From contig JBGSUI010000002.1 in the NCBI GenBank assembly GCA_041736175.1, forward strand, positions 1-44,464: a DNA stretch of 44,464 bases. The letters run 5' to 3'. Of the stretch, positions 29,073 to 37,371 are shown piece after piece. Positions within the stretch are counted from its first letter, which is position 1. The number at the start of each line of letters is the position of its first letter. The notes beneath the pieces were generated by a model that worked only from the letters and a program-made list of their open reading frames with translations, had not been told where the DNA came from and did no database searches. Made by a program: the position numbers and the translations under genes. This DNA comes from Oligoflexales bacterium (GTDB lineage: Bacteria > Bdellovibrionota_B > Oligoflexia > Oligoflexales > CAIYRB01).

Positions 29073-29981
29073 CTAACACCGACAGCTGCAGCCATTCGGG
29101 CCAGACACCCAACCAGGGGTTCCTTGCTGGCAGCCATTCTCTCCTTGGCGGTGCCAGCCCCAGGCGCCTTTACAAAACTGCCGATTGATACAAGTGGGAT
29201 ACTGAGTTTGTACCACAGCTGCTTGGGCCGCTAGGGGCTGGGTGCCTGGGAGCAGGACAACTTGGGGACTACTCCCGAGTGGAGTGCTCCCAAAGGCTTG
29301 GGGGGTCGCAGGGGCTGTGCCAGGCTTTATGCCCAGACTAAGCCAAGCTTTGTTGGCCGGAATCTCTGGGGAGGAGGTCACCGCTTTGATCCCCTCGATA
29401 TCATCTGGAGTCGGTTGCTGCAAAGGCTGGTTGATGATCAAAGCTCCCATGATGGTGTTAGGATTAGTCGGTCCCCCTTGGCATCCATTGCCACCGCTGT
29501 ACTGATCGCAGAGTCCCCACATATGCCCAGTTTCATGGAGCAGCACATGATTCAGAGCACCAGGGTCATAGTGTTGACACACATTGATTTGATCGATGGT
29601 ATTGGTGGATCCCGCGATCCCTTGTGCACACCCACTATCTTCGGGGCCTACTAGGCGGATGATCCTCTGTGCGGATTGGTCAAAACAGTATTCGACTTTA
29701 AGGTAAGGTGTGCGTCCGATAATATCGGTCCATTTTTTAATAGCTCCGATCACTTCGGCGGCTTTGTAGCCCGTAACACAAACTCGCGATTGGGGGGCTA
29801 AATTTAGGAGGCCAGAGGATTTAACCTGGTCTAAGTTGGTATAGACTCCCCAATTGAGTTGGGATTCGGTGTTTTGCACGGGTCGACCACAGCCGACCGA
29901 GTTTAAAAACGGTAGACAGATCGAGGATAACGCGATCCATGCAAACCGCGAAAAAGCGATTTTAAACTTTGGCAAACCCAT
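29073..29981 (-). CDS. Metzincin-like zinc metalloprotease lipoprotein with Cys-rich C-terminal module
   Basis: Lipobox SVGC, HETGHMWGLCD, Met-turn TIMG and DDIEGI; six-Cys tail. ATG 29981. Confidence 0.8.
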   Translation of the reverse strand: MGLPKFKIAFSRFAWIALSSICLPFLNSVGCGRPVQNTESQLNWGVYTNLDQVKSSGLLNLAPQSRVCVTGYKAAEVIGAIKKWTDIIGRTPYLKVEYCFDQSAQRIIRLVGPEDSGCAQGIAGSTNTIDQINVCQHYDPGALNHVLLHETGHMWGLCDQYSGGNGCQGGPTNPNTIMGALIINQPLQQPTPDDIEGIKAVTSSPEIPANKAWLSLGIKPGTAPATPQAFGSTPLGSSPQVVLLPGTQPLAAQAAVVQTQYPTCINRQFCKGAWGWHRQGENGCQQGTPGWVSGPNGCSCRC

Positions 29982-30021
29982 GGAGTGGCCCTCATTGTCA
30001 TGGTGATCATATGATTTAGGC

Positions 30022-30037
30022 TGCAAAAACGGCACCA
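30022..30037 (-). promoter_or_regulatory. Sigma54-like -24/-12 promoter
   Basis: TGGTGCCGTTTTTGCA (GG-N10-GC), about 40 nt upstream of ATG 29981. Confidence 0.45.
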
Positions 30038-30162
30038 CCCATAGGACTGAGGTTCGTACCCATAAAAGCTCAGGGGAACAGGGGGTCAGGTCGTAGGCAT
30101 GGAATTAGCCAGTGTTTAGGAGTGAGTCAGCATGTCCATGATGTGGACGATCGGAGAACTTA

Positions 30163-30237
30163 TGGCGGCCCCAACAGGAATCGAACCTGTATTTACAAGT
30201 TAGGAACTTGTCGTTCTATCCGTTGAACTATGGGACC
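30163..30237 (-). tRNA. tRNA-Arg(CCU)
   Basis: Reverse complement folds as GGTCCCA...ACAAG-TTCCTAA-CTTGT...ACAGG-TTCGATT-CCTGT-TGGGGCC-GCCA. Confidence 0.96.
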
Positions 30238-30259
30238 TTACGATGGGCAACGGGCCGCA

Positions 30260-30288
30260 AAAGTATTCGATTTTTTTTGGGAATGCAA
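30260..30288 (-). promoter_or_regulatory. Sigma70 promoter of tRNA-Arg(CCU)
   Basis: TTGCAT-N17-TACTTT followed by GC-rich discriminator GCGGCCC. Confidence 0.65.
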
Positions 30289-30367
30289 GTCATTTGGCGT
30301 TCCTTTCGGATCCAATGGATAATGGGTGATTTAAATCACTGTTATTATTAAATAAAAATCTCTGTCT

Positions 30368-30394
30368 TAAGAGCGAAAACCCAGTCTCCGAAAA
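30368..30394 (+). promoter_or_regulatory. Sigma28/FliA-like promoter
   Basis: TAAG-N15-TCCGAAAA, about 40 nt upstream of the hexaheme gene. Confidence 0.5.
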
Positions 30395-30433
30395 GAAGAT
30401 GTCTTTGAAGTCACTTCTAAAGCGAGGGAGCGT

Positions 30434-31255
30434 ATGAAACTTAAAATTAAACTCTTTTTTCTGATACTTGGGTCTATGACTTTGTGGTATTGCTCAGACA
30501 CCAAATCTGGTAGTCGGACTGAGCGCAAAGCCAGCAAGCAAAGCGTGGTTGAAGATATCAATCAAGAGGACGCCGCCGAGAGCCCTGTCGCCTCCTCGAT
30601 ACCAAAAAAAACGGGACCTGTCTCACCGGTTGCCTCCGCTTCAGGTCATCTTCCAGGGGAGTCAGCAAATCTCCCAGCGAACCCAACGATGGGCGAGGGT
30701 CAAACTCCGGAGCCGGATCCTGCAACCCCACCCACCGCGGAGCCTCCTCAAAACGGCCTCCTAGCCCTCCACCAGCCTGCTCCTGCTACCTGTAATCAAT
30801 GCCACGAGTCCAAAAGACCCTCCTTGACCCACTATAAGGATCACGACTGCGCTAGCTGTCATAAATTCCCCAGCTTTAAAGGCGCATCCTTTAGCCACGA
30901 CCCAAAACCAGCAACCTGCACAGGCTGTCATACTCCCCCTGCAACCGGCCTAAGGGCGTATCCTAACCAAGGCCCCCCAGCAAACTTTAATGCCGCAGAT
31001 CCAAACGCCCTCGGTGGTCGTCATTATGTGGGCAAAGATTGCAAAGAATGCCACCAGACCCCAAAAGAAGGTGCCGCCAAGTTTGTGTTTACCCATAGTG
31101 CGCCTAACCCTCAGGTCTGTTTACCATGCCACTTTAATAATGGTAGTGGCGAACACCAAAATAGCCAAACCTTTATGCTCAGTGGATTTGGAAACTGCAT
31201 CAATTGTCATCGCAACTTTGATGTAAAGGTGCGGAGGAATTTCGGCAGAAACTAG
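30434..31255 (+). CDS. Hexaheme c-type cytochrome, probable lipoprotein
   Basis: CNQCH, CASCH, CTGCH, CKECH, CLPCH and CINCH. Signal ends LWYC, followed by a Pro-rich linker. Confidence 0.88.
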   Translation: MKLKIKLFFLILGSMTLWYCSDTKSGSRTERKASKQSVVEDINQEDAAESPVASSIPKKTGPVSPVASASGHLPGESANLPANPTMGEGQTPEPDPATPPTAEPPQNGLLALHQPAPATCNQCHESKRPSLTHYKDHDCASCHKFPSFKGASFSHDPKPATCTGCHTPPATGLRAYPNQGPPANFNAADPNALGGRHYVGKDCKECHQTPKEGAAKFVFTHSAPNPQVCLPCHFNNGSGEHQNSQTFMLSGFGNCINCHRNFDVKVRRNFGRN

Positions 31256-31394
31256 ACGTCATCGAGAGTATCATCTCGATTTCTGTGACGATTAAGAAAA
31301 AGATTTGTACTGGGGCTCACTAATGATAAAGTGGCGGGTCCCAGTGTTCTGTCGGTTATATTTTTTCCCACTCTTTCCCTGCGAGTTTCAACCT

Positions 31395-32672
31395 ATGCCA
31401 CCATGGACCTATGCCATCGATTTTGGCACTTCGAATTCTTTGCTTGCAGCGACTGATGGGCAAAAGATCTACGATCCGATTCCCTTGGATCCTTTTGCTC
31501 CGGACCCTACGATCCTCAAAAGCGTCTTATACACCCCAGCCGCGGGCCAGTGCTATTTTGGTGCCCAGGCCATCCAACAATACTCCGAACATTTGGCAGA
31601 AGGTCGTTTGTTTAGGTCCCTGAAAAAACATCTACCTGACGCAAGCTTTAAGGGGACGACAGTCCACCAGCGGTTTTACAATCTCTCGGACCTGATTGCG
31701 CTGTTTCTAAAGGAACTCCGCGAGCGGGGAAACCAACATTTTAACCAAGACTGCACCCGCGTAGTGCTAGGCCGCCCTGCACGGTTTGCCCAGGACCATG
31801 ATGGCGATGCACTCGCCGAAAACCGTCTCCGGGCTGCCGCCCAGATCGCCGGGTTTAAAGAGGTGCTGGTCTGTCCTGAGCCGGTCGCTGCGGCCTATGA
31901 GTTTCGCCACCAATTAGACCAAGAACGGACGGTGCTGATCGCCGATTTTGGCGGTGGAACCTCCGACTATACGGTATTGCGCCTGGGACCAAAAGTGTTT
32001 AGGGACCAAGACATCCTAGCTACCCACGGAGTCGCCCTGGCGGGGGACAGCTTTGACGGGGTGTTGATGAAGCATATGATTGCGCCCCATTTCGGTACGG
32101 AAGTCGTCTACCGTTTGCCCACAGGTCGTAACGATCTTCGGTTGCCCCAACACATCGTCAATCGTCTGTGCTCCGCAGCAGATATCGCTTTTTTATCCCG
32201 GAGCGATATCATGCAGCTCCTTAAGGATGCCCAAAAATGGTCCCTTAAAGCCCTTGACTCCCAACGGATGAACCGCCTCTTCACCCTTATCGAAGAACAG
32301 CTGGGGTATAAAATTTTTCGTGAAATAGAACAAACAAAAATAAGTCTATCCAGTGTGGACGAATCCGTCTTTCGATTCGATTATCCTGGTCTCGACCTTG
32401 AAGAAAAGATCCGGAGTCAGGACTTTGTGGACAAAAGCGCGGTTGTTGTCGAACGGATCACCACAGCCCTGGACGAAACCCTCAAAAGAGCCGGGGTGCA
32501 ACCCGCCCAGATCGACATCGTCTGCTGCACCGGAGGGACTGCAAAACTACCGGCCCTCGATCGCCAACTCAAAGCTCGGTTTGGAGCCGAAAAACTGCGC
32601 CAACACCAGCATTTTCATTCTGTGGTCAAAGGTCTCGCAGAAAGGGCCTTGGCAGAACCGTCTGCTCCTTGA
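31395..32672 (+). CDS. yegD: YegD-like Hsp70 family protein
   Basis: IDFGTSNS, VLGRP, PEPVAAA, DFGGGTSD and TGGT; no substrate-binding domain. The ORF track starts at 31305. Confidence 0.85.
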   Translation: MPPWTYAIDFGTSNSLLAATDGQKIYDPIPLDPFAPDPTILKSVLYTPAAGQCYFGAQAIQQYSEHLAEGRLFRSLKKHLPDASFKGTTVHQRFYNLSDLIALFLKELRERGNQHFNQDCTRVVLGRPARFAQDHDGDALAENRLRAAAQIAGFKEVLVCPEPVAAAYEFRHQLDQERTVLIADFGGGTSDYTVLRLGPKVFRDQDILATHGVALAGDSFDGVLMKHMIAPHFGTEVVYRLPTGRNDLRLPQHIVNRLCSAADIAFLSRSDIMQLLKDAQKWSLKALDSQRMNRLFTLIEEQLGYKIFREIEQTKISLSSVDESVFRFDYPGLDLEEKIRSQDFVDKSAVVVERITTALDETLKRAGVQPAQIDIVCCTGGTAKLPALDRQLKARFGAEKLRQHQHFHSVVKGLAERALAEPSAP

Positions 32673-32876
32673 GGTCCAGCCCTCTCCTGCCGAAGAGGTG
32701 GAGGGGGACCGTTATGGGAGGGGGCTCACCTGGGCGATGTGACTAAAAACAGAAGAAAAAGCAACCATGGTCAGCGGATTGTGGTCTTTTTTGCAAAGAT
32801 TCTGATCGCTCTTTTTTGCTACTTTTTCGTCCATATCACCCCATCAAAATCGACTCTTATTGAGGAAACTTTCAGA

Positions 32877-33491
32877 CTAAACAAATAGTTTGTTTTTTGG
32901 AAAGCGCCATTTAGGGAAGATGATATGTTGGGGGTCTCGGTAACCAAGAGCAAGAATCACCGAAGCGTGATGGTCTTTGGGGAGTCCTAACAATTGGTTC
33001 ATCGCTTCTCGGTCAAAGCCCTCCATAGGACAGCTATCGACCTTTAATTCTGCACAGGCAGCCAGTCCAAAACCTAAAGCTAGGTAGGCTTGGCGATGAC
33101 TCCAGCTCATAAAAAAGTTAGGATCGGTCACATTCTTAATCCATCCATACACCATCTCCCCATAGGGCTTTAGAGATTCGATGATTTTGGGATCTCCCCT
33201 TCCACGGTCGGCAAACATTTCGTCAGCTACGGCCTTAATATCGGACCTGGCAACAAAGACCAGGACTTCAGTGGCCGTCGTATACTGGGTTTGGTTCCAG
33301 CCAATGTCCTTTACCTTGGCTTTTAAGGCGCTGTCCCTGATCACTTTGACATAAAAGGGCTGGAGGCCAAAGGAACTAGGTGCTTTGAGGATCGCCTCTT
33401 TGATGTGATCTAGGACATGATTCGGCACTGGCTTAGCTGGATCGAACCCTTTGCATGCATGACGCCAATCGAGTTGGCTTAGGAATCCCAT
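32877..33491 (-). CDS. Nitroreductase family (NfsB-like) flavoprotein
   Basis: WRHACKGFD, APSSFGLQP, VDSCPMEGFD and ALGYR. ATG 33491 after GAGG. Confidence 0.92.
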   Translation of the reverse strand: MGFLSQLDWRHACKGFDPAKPVPNHVLDHIKEAILKAPSSFGLQPFYVKVIRDSALKAKVKDIGWNQTQYTTATEVLVFVARSDIKAVADEMFADRGRGDPKIIESLKPYGEMVYGWIKNVTDPNFFMSWSHRQAYLALGFGLAACAELKVDSCPMEGFDREAMNQLLGLPKDHHASVILALGYRDPQHIIFPKWRFPKNKLFV

Positions 33492-33618
33492 ATAAACCTC
33501 ATAGAAATCGGATCGAAAATCGAGAATTACCTGAATGTGCAGGTCAAATCCCGGTCGAGCATATTGAAGTTGGCCTAAGCTTTCAAGGAAATCTATACCA
33601 AGGGCTCTCACTTTTGAT

Positions 33619-33645
33619 TAAAGTGATTTGTTTTATCTCCGATCT
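33619..33645 (+). promoter_or_regulatory. Sigma28/FliA-like promoter
   Basis: TAAA-N15-TCCGATCT. Confidence 0.4.
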
Positions 33646-33773
33646 TAAGGGGGTGGACGTTTTGTGTCGGGGGTAACCATTTGCGTTAACTTGACATTCC
33701 CAGCTAAACTGTGTCAATGATGATAATGGAATATTTTTGCAACAACCACATAAGCAGGTGCTAACGTAAGTTA

Positions 33774-34103
33774 ATGTTTAATCGCCTTTACAGTCTTATC
33801 ATGGTGTTCGGTTTTTTGACTTTTAGCGTGCAGAATATCGCCCTAGAGTCAAAGACTGCGGAGTCCGATCTTTCCGCTGAGTCCGACACCACCGATGGGA
33901 CTCCAGTCCGGGCGGGGCTTCCAAAACGAAACGGCAACAAAAAATATCAGAAACAGGTTGCAACTCCCTACTCTCCTCATCTTCAAAGAGTGTCGAATCT
34001 TTCTATCAAACTGAAAGTTTCCACGGAAGAGCGGATAGGTCTTCCCCAAAGGTTTAAAGCGGTGTTGGGCCAAAATGGCCTCGGTAGGTCGTTGAATACC
34101 TGA
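33774..34103 (+). CDS. Hypothetical small protein with signal-like N-terminus
   Basis: 109-aa ORF with a hydrophobic N-terminus and weak RBS. Confidence 0.4.
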   Translation: MFNRLYSLIMVFGFLTFSVQNIALESKTAESDLSAESDTTDGTPVRAGLPKRNGNKKYQKQVATPYSPHLQRVSNLSIKLKVSTEERIGLPQRFKAVLGQNGLGRSLNT

Positions 34104-34168
34104 GAATGCTCGGTAAACAACCATCACGATCACCGTCATTTAAACCCAATTGAGAAGGAGGGCTTTCC

Positions 34169-34915
34169 ATGCAAAAGCTTATCAGTGGAATCCATAGTTT
34201 TCAGCAAAATGAGTTTCGCAAAAAATCAAAACTTTTTAGAGAGCTAGCACGAGGACAAGAACCTACAGTTTTATTCCTCACCTGCTCTGATTCGAGAATC
34301 AATCCCAATCTGGTCACCCAGACGGAGCCGGGAGAGCTCTTTGTGGTCCGCAATGCGGGCAATCTTATCCCAGCAGCTCCAGAAGGCGGCGGAGAGTTGG
34401 CGTCTATCGAGTTTGCGGTCAAAAGCCTTAAGATTAAAGACATCATTATTTGTGGCCACTCCGACTGTGGGGCGATGAAGGGAGTATTAAACCCTGAGTC
34501 CTTGGGCAATCAATTGCCGCGGTTGAAATCATGGCTGTCCCATGCAAAGCGCACCGGAGAGATCATGAAGACCCAATACCGTCACCTTTCGGGACAAGCC
34601 CTGGTGACAGCCACGGTGGAAGAAAACGTCTTAGTCCAGGCTGAAAACCTCAAAACCCACCCATTTATCCAAGAGGCCATTGATAACCAGGGCCTCGCTA
34701 TCCATGGATGGGTTTATAAGTTTGAAACCGGCGAAGTCTTCAATTACGACACCACCGATGGCCAATACCATCCTCTGTCTCTTGAGCGAGGTTTGTGTCC
34801 CATTTATCCCATGAGAGCGGATCACGGGGAACGAGTCCACAATGCAAATTTGTTGAGCCAGGCTCCTGCGATTCAAGCCAAATCAACCGTGCAGATCACA
34901 AGAGCCGTCCCGTAA
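34169..34915 (+). CDS. Beta-class carbonic anhydrase (CynT/Can type)
   Basis: CSDSR, GELFVVRNAGN and CGHSDCGAM. AAGGAGG RBS. Confidence 0.95.
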   Translation: MQKLISGIHSFQQNEFRKKSKLFRELARGQEPTVLFLTCSDSRINPNLVTQTEPGELFVVRNAGNLIPAAPEGGGELASIEFAVKSLKIKDIIICGHSDCGAMKGVLNPESLGNQLPRLKSWLSHAKRTGEIMKTQYRHLSGQALVTATVEENVLVQAENLKTHPFIQEAIDNQGLAIHGWVYKFETGEVFNYDTTDGQYHPLSLERGLCPIYPMRADHGERVHNANLLSQAPAIQAKSTVQITRAVP

Positions 34916-34921
34916 ATAGGA

Positions 34922-37096
34922 TTAGAATCCACTGCAGAGGGGGTCCCCATGGGCCCTCTCCCGGGGGTCCGTCCCCAAAAATTCGCCAGCGGTTAGAAAC
35001 CTGGTGATTTTTTGGTTGAGTGGGGTGATCCAATATTTGTTTTGTTGGGGCATGTCAAACCGGGAGAGAAGAGAATGATTGATGCAAGGTTTTTCTTGGA
35101 GATCGATCGGTTTTTGTAGGTTTTCCTTGCAGACCTGATTGTCTGAGGGCAGGTAGCAGACTCTAATGGCGGGGTGCTGGTCAAAACGACGCTCTGTGCG
35201 AAAGGGGGGCACCTTTAAGGACTCACTGCGCAGCCGGCCAACACTGTTAAACACGAGTTTTTTATTGATGACCGGATCCTGGGCCACGGCGATGACTTGG
35301 GTTGTGATAAGGGTGGGGCGGATGGTTTCCCAAGCGTCGTAACCAAGTTGGTTAGCACCGCCCACATGGGTGACTTTGAATTGGCAGATACCGGCACGGA
35401 GTTCCCGTCGTCCGTAGGCTAAGACAAATGCAGGGTTTCGCTCGGACTCACAGCCTGGGCCCCAACCCAGGTCTTTATCTAGGATCGGATCCCACACGCG
35501 GAGGAGTTGCGAAAGTTGGCGCTGGGTGTTGCTGATGGTGCCTAGCAGAGTTCGCATCGCGGTAGGGCCGATTTCATAGAGGGGACTAAGGATCAACTGC
35601 CGATCCCAAAGGTCCGATCGCAACATCGTGGTGATACTTACGAGAGACCCCCCTAGGGATAGACCGGCAATCACCCTTTCCCCCTGGACTTTGGCGGCCA
35701 GGAGATTCATCTGCGCTGCCAGGTTTACATAGCTTTCCTGATAGCTATAGGGAAGGCTCAAAATGCCCTGGGGAAACTGGCTTAAATCATCGACTTTTTG
35801 TCCATTCACTTCTGTCCATTTTCTCCCATGTCCGGGGAGCAGTGGGAGTACGACCGTGTAGCCCTGGGCAGACAAGTCTTCCGCCAATTCAAAAAACTGT
35901 TGGGGACAGGCCGTAAAGCCATGGTAAAGGACCGCGATTCCCTTATAGGCCGGAGCTGACGGCTTTTCTCGGATGATGCGGGGGCGGCATTGATCTTGAA
36001 GTTTGTCGAGTTCAACCGTCTTGATGTAGTCTTCCCATGCTTGGTCCGCTTCCGCAGTCCAATGGGGAACCGTGGCCTCAGGGGGAGGTGCATCTTGTGT
36101 GGCTGGACGTGTTAAGATCTCGTCGATCGCTGAGAGGTAGGCGCCTGCAATTTGGCTTTGGCCTACTTGGTTAAGATGAATGCAGTCGGAGGCCAAGACC
36201 TGATCCCACTCCTCTGGAGCGCGGTCAGGGATGGTGTCCACCATCTGGATCGTAACTCCTTGGCGGCCTAGGGAGTCCACCTTGTCGGCGATCGTCTGGT
36301 TCATCGTCTGCCAACGGTCCATGGCTTTTCCGATATAGGGGCTATTGTCCTGTCCTGGGATCAGGCGGGTTTTGACAGCGATGCGGCCACCCCTAAAAAT
36401 CTGACCACAGGTCACCTCGAGACCTCCAATAAAGCGAAGTCCTACCCGGTCAGGTCGATCGAGGATTTGGGGGATCGAAGCAATCCGGGTCACCAAAAAG
36501 CGGCTATGGGGGATGGTCTGGAGGAGTCTGGTAAAAAATTGATCCACCTGGCTTTTAAAGTCAGGGATTTCGCTAAACAGGGAAAAGTCAATCCGTCCGA
36601 GATCCACGACCACGACGTCGATTTCGTCGGGTTTTAGGGCGGGATCAGCATCTAGGGTGGCCCGTAACAGGGCCACCTGGCTATCGGCGGTTCGGTAGGA
36701 ACCCCCGAGTTGGGCGACGTTTAAGACGCGGGTCTTGATGCCGCGGGTTTCGAGGTTTGAAGTGACACTATAGGGCGACTGGCCTTGGACGGCAGCGAGG
36801 GAGTCTCTAGCCAGGAAGGCGTTTTGTTGCATCAGGCTCCAGTTGAGGACGCCTTCTTTTTCGGGGACAAAATCCACGGTAGGTCCGCCTAAAAGCAGCT
36901 GGGTCGCCAAGAGATATTCGCCAGGTTGGGCCATGGAGCCAAGTGATTTGTCCGCAATCACGCCGCGGGTGATGCTATCGCCAATCAAGGCGATGTTTAA
37001 GGGACGGGGTGATGCGTGGCCAGGGAGGGTCAGTGCGACGACCTGGAGCAGAGCCAAGAGCGGCCCTAGGATTCTGTATGTGAGCTGGGTAATCAT
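34922..37096 (-). CDS. Secreted SGNH/GDSL hydrolase fused to an alpha/beta-hydrolase
   Basis: IGDSI...DCIH (SGNH), then YHGFTACP, GLSLGG, QDPV and NHSL. ATG 37096 after AAGGAG. Confidence 0.8.
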   Translation of the reverse strand: MITQLTYRILGPLLALLQVVALTLPGHASPRPLNIALIGDSITRGVIADKSLGSMAQPGEYLLATQLLLGGPTVDFVPEKEGVLNWSLMQQNAFLARDSLAAVQGQSPYSVTSNLETRGIKTRVLNVAQLGGSYRTADSQVALLRATLDADPALKPDEIDVVVVDLGRIDFSLFSEIPDFKSQVDQFFTRLLQTIPHSRFLVTRIASIPQILDRPDRVGLRFIGGLEVTCGQIFRGGRIAVKTRLIPGQDNSPYIGKAMDRWQTMNQTIADKVDSLGRQGVTIQMVDTIPDRAPEEWDQVLASDCIHLNQVGQSQIAGAYLSAIDEILTRPATQDAPPPEATVPHWTAEADQAWEDYIKTVELDKLQDQCRPRIIREKPSAPAYKGIAVLYHGFTACPQQFFELAEDLSAQGYTVVLPLLPGHGRKWTEVNGQKVDDLSQFPQGILSLPYSYQESYVNLAAQMNLLAAKVQGERVIAGLSLGGSLVSITTMLRSDLWDRQLILSPLYEIGPTAMRTLLGTISNTQRQLSQLLRVWDPILDKDLGWGPGCESERNPAFVLAYGRRELRAGICQFKVTHVGGANQLGYDAWETIRPTLITTQVIAVAQDPVINKKLVFNSVGRLRSESLKVPPFRTERRFDQHPAIRVCYLPSDNQVCKENLQKPIDLQEKPCINHSLLSRFDMPQQNKYWITPLNQKITRFLTAGEFLGTDPRERAHGDPLCSGF

Positions 37097-37371
37097 AAGT
37101 GACTCCTTGGAAAAGCCTTGGGTTTGAATTTGGAATTTTTGGAGGGGAAAACCTTCTAGGCAAGGATCATGTGATGCCAGTGATGCCGATAAGTCTATTT
37201 TTACCATGGTTTTATGGTTTTTCGATAGCTTGTTTTAAATTTGGAGCGGTCTCCTCATTAAAATAGAACGATTGAGCGACGTCTCTATGGTACTTGATAA
37301 GACTTTGATGTGGTTTAATATAAAATACCCACCGATAATAAACCGCTGGATCCCATGCAGTTTTTAGCCTA

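Noticed and set aside
15718..30237. Prophage or integrative island between the tRNAs
   Set aside because: No integrase, phage genes or att repeat seen, and housekeeping genes lie inside.
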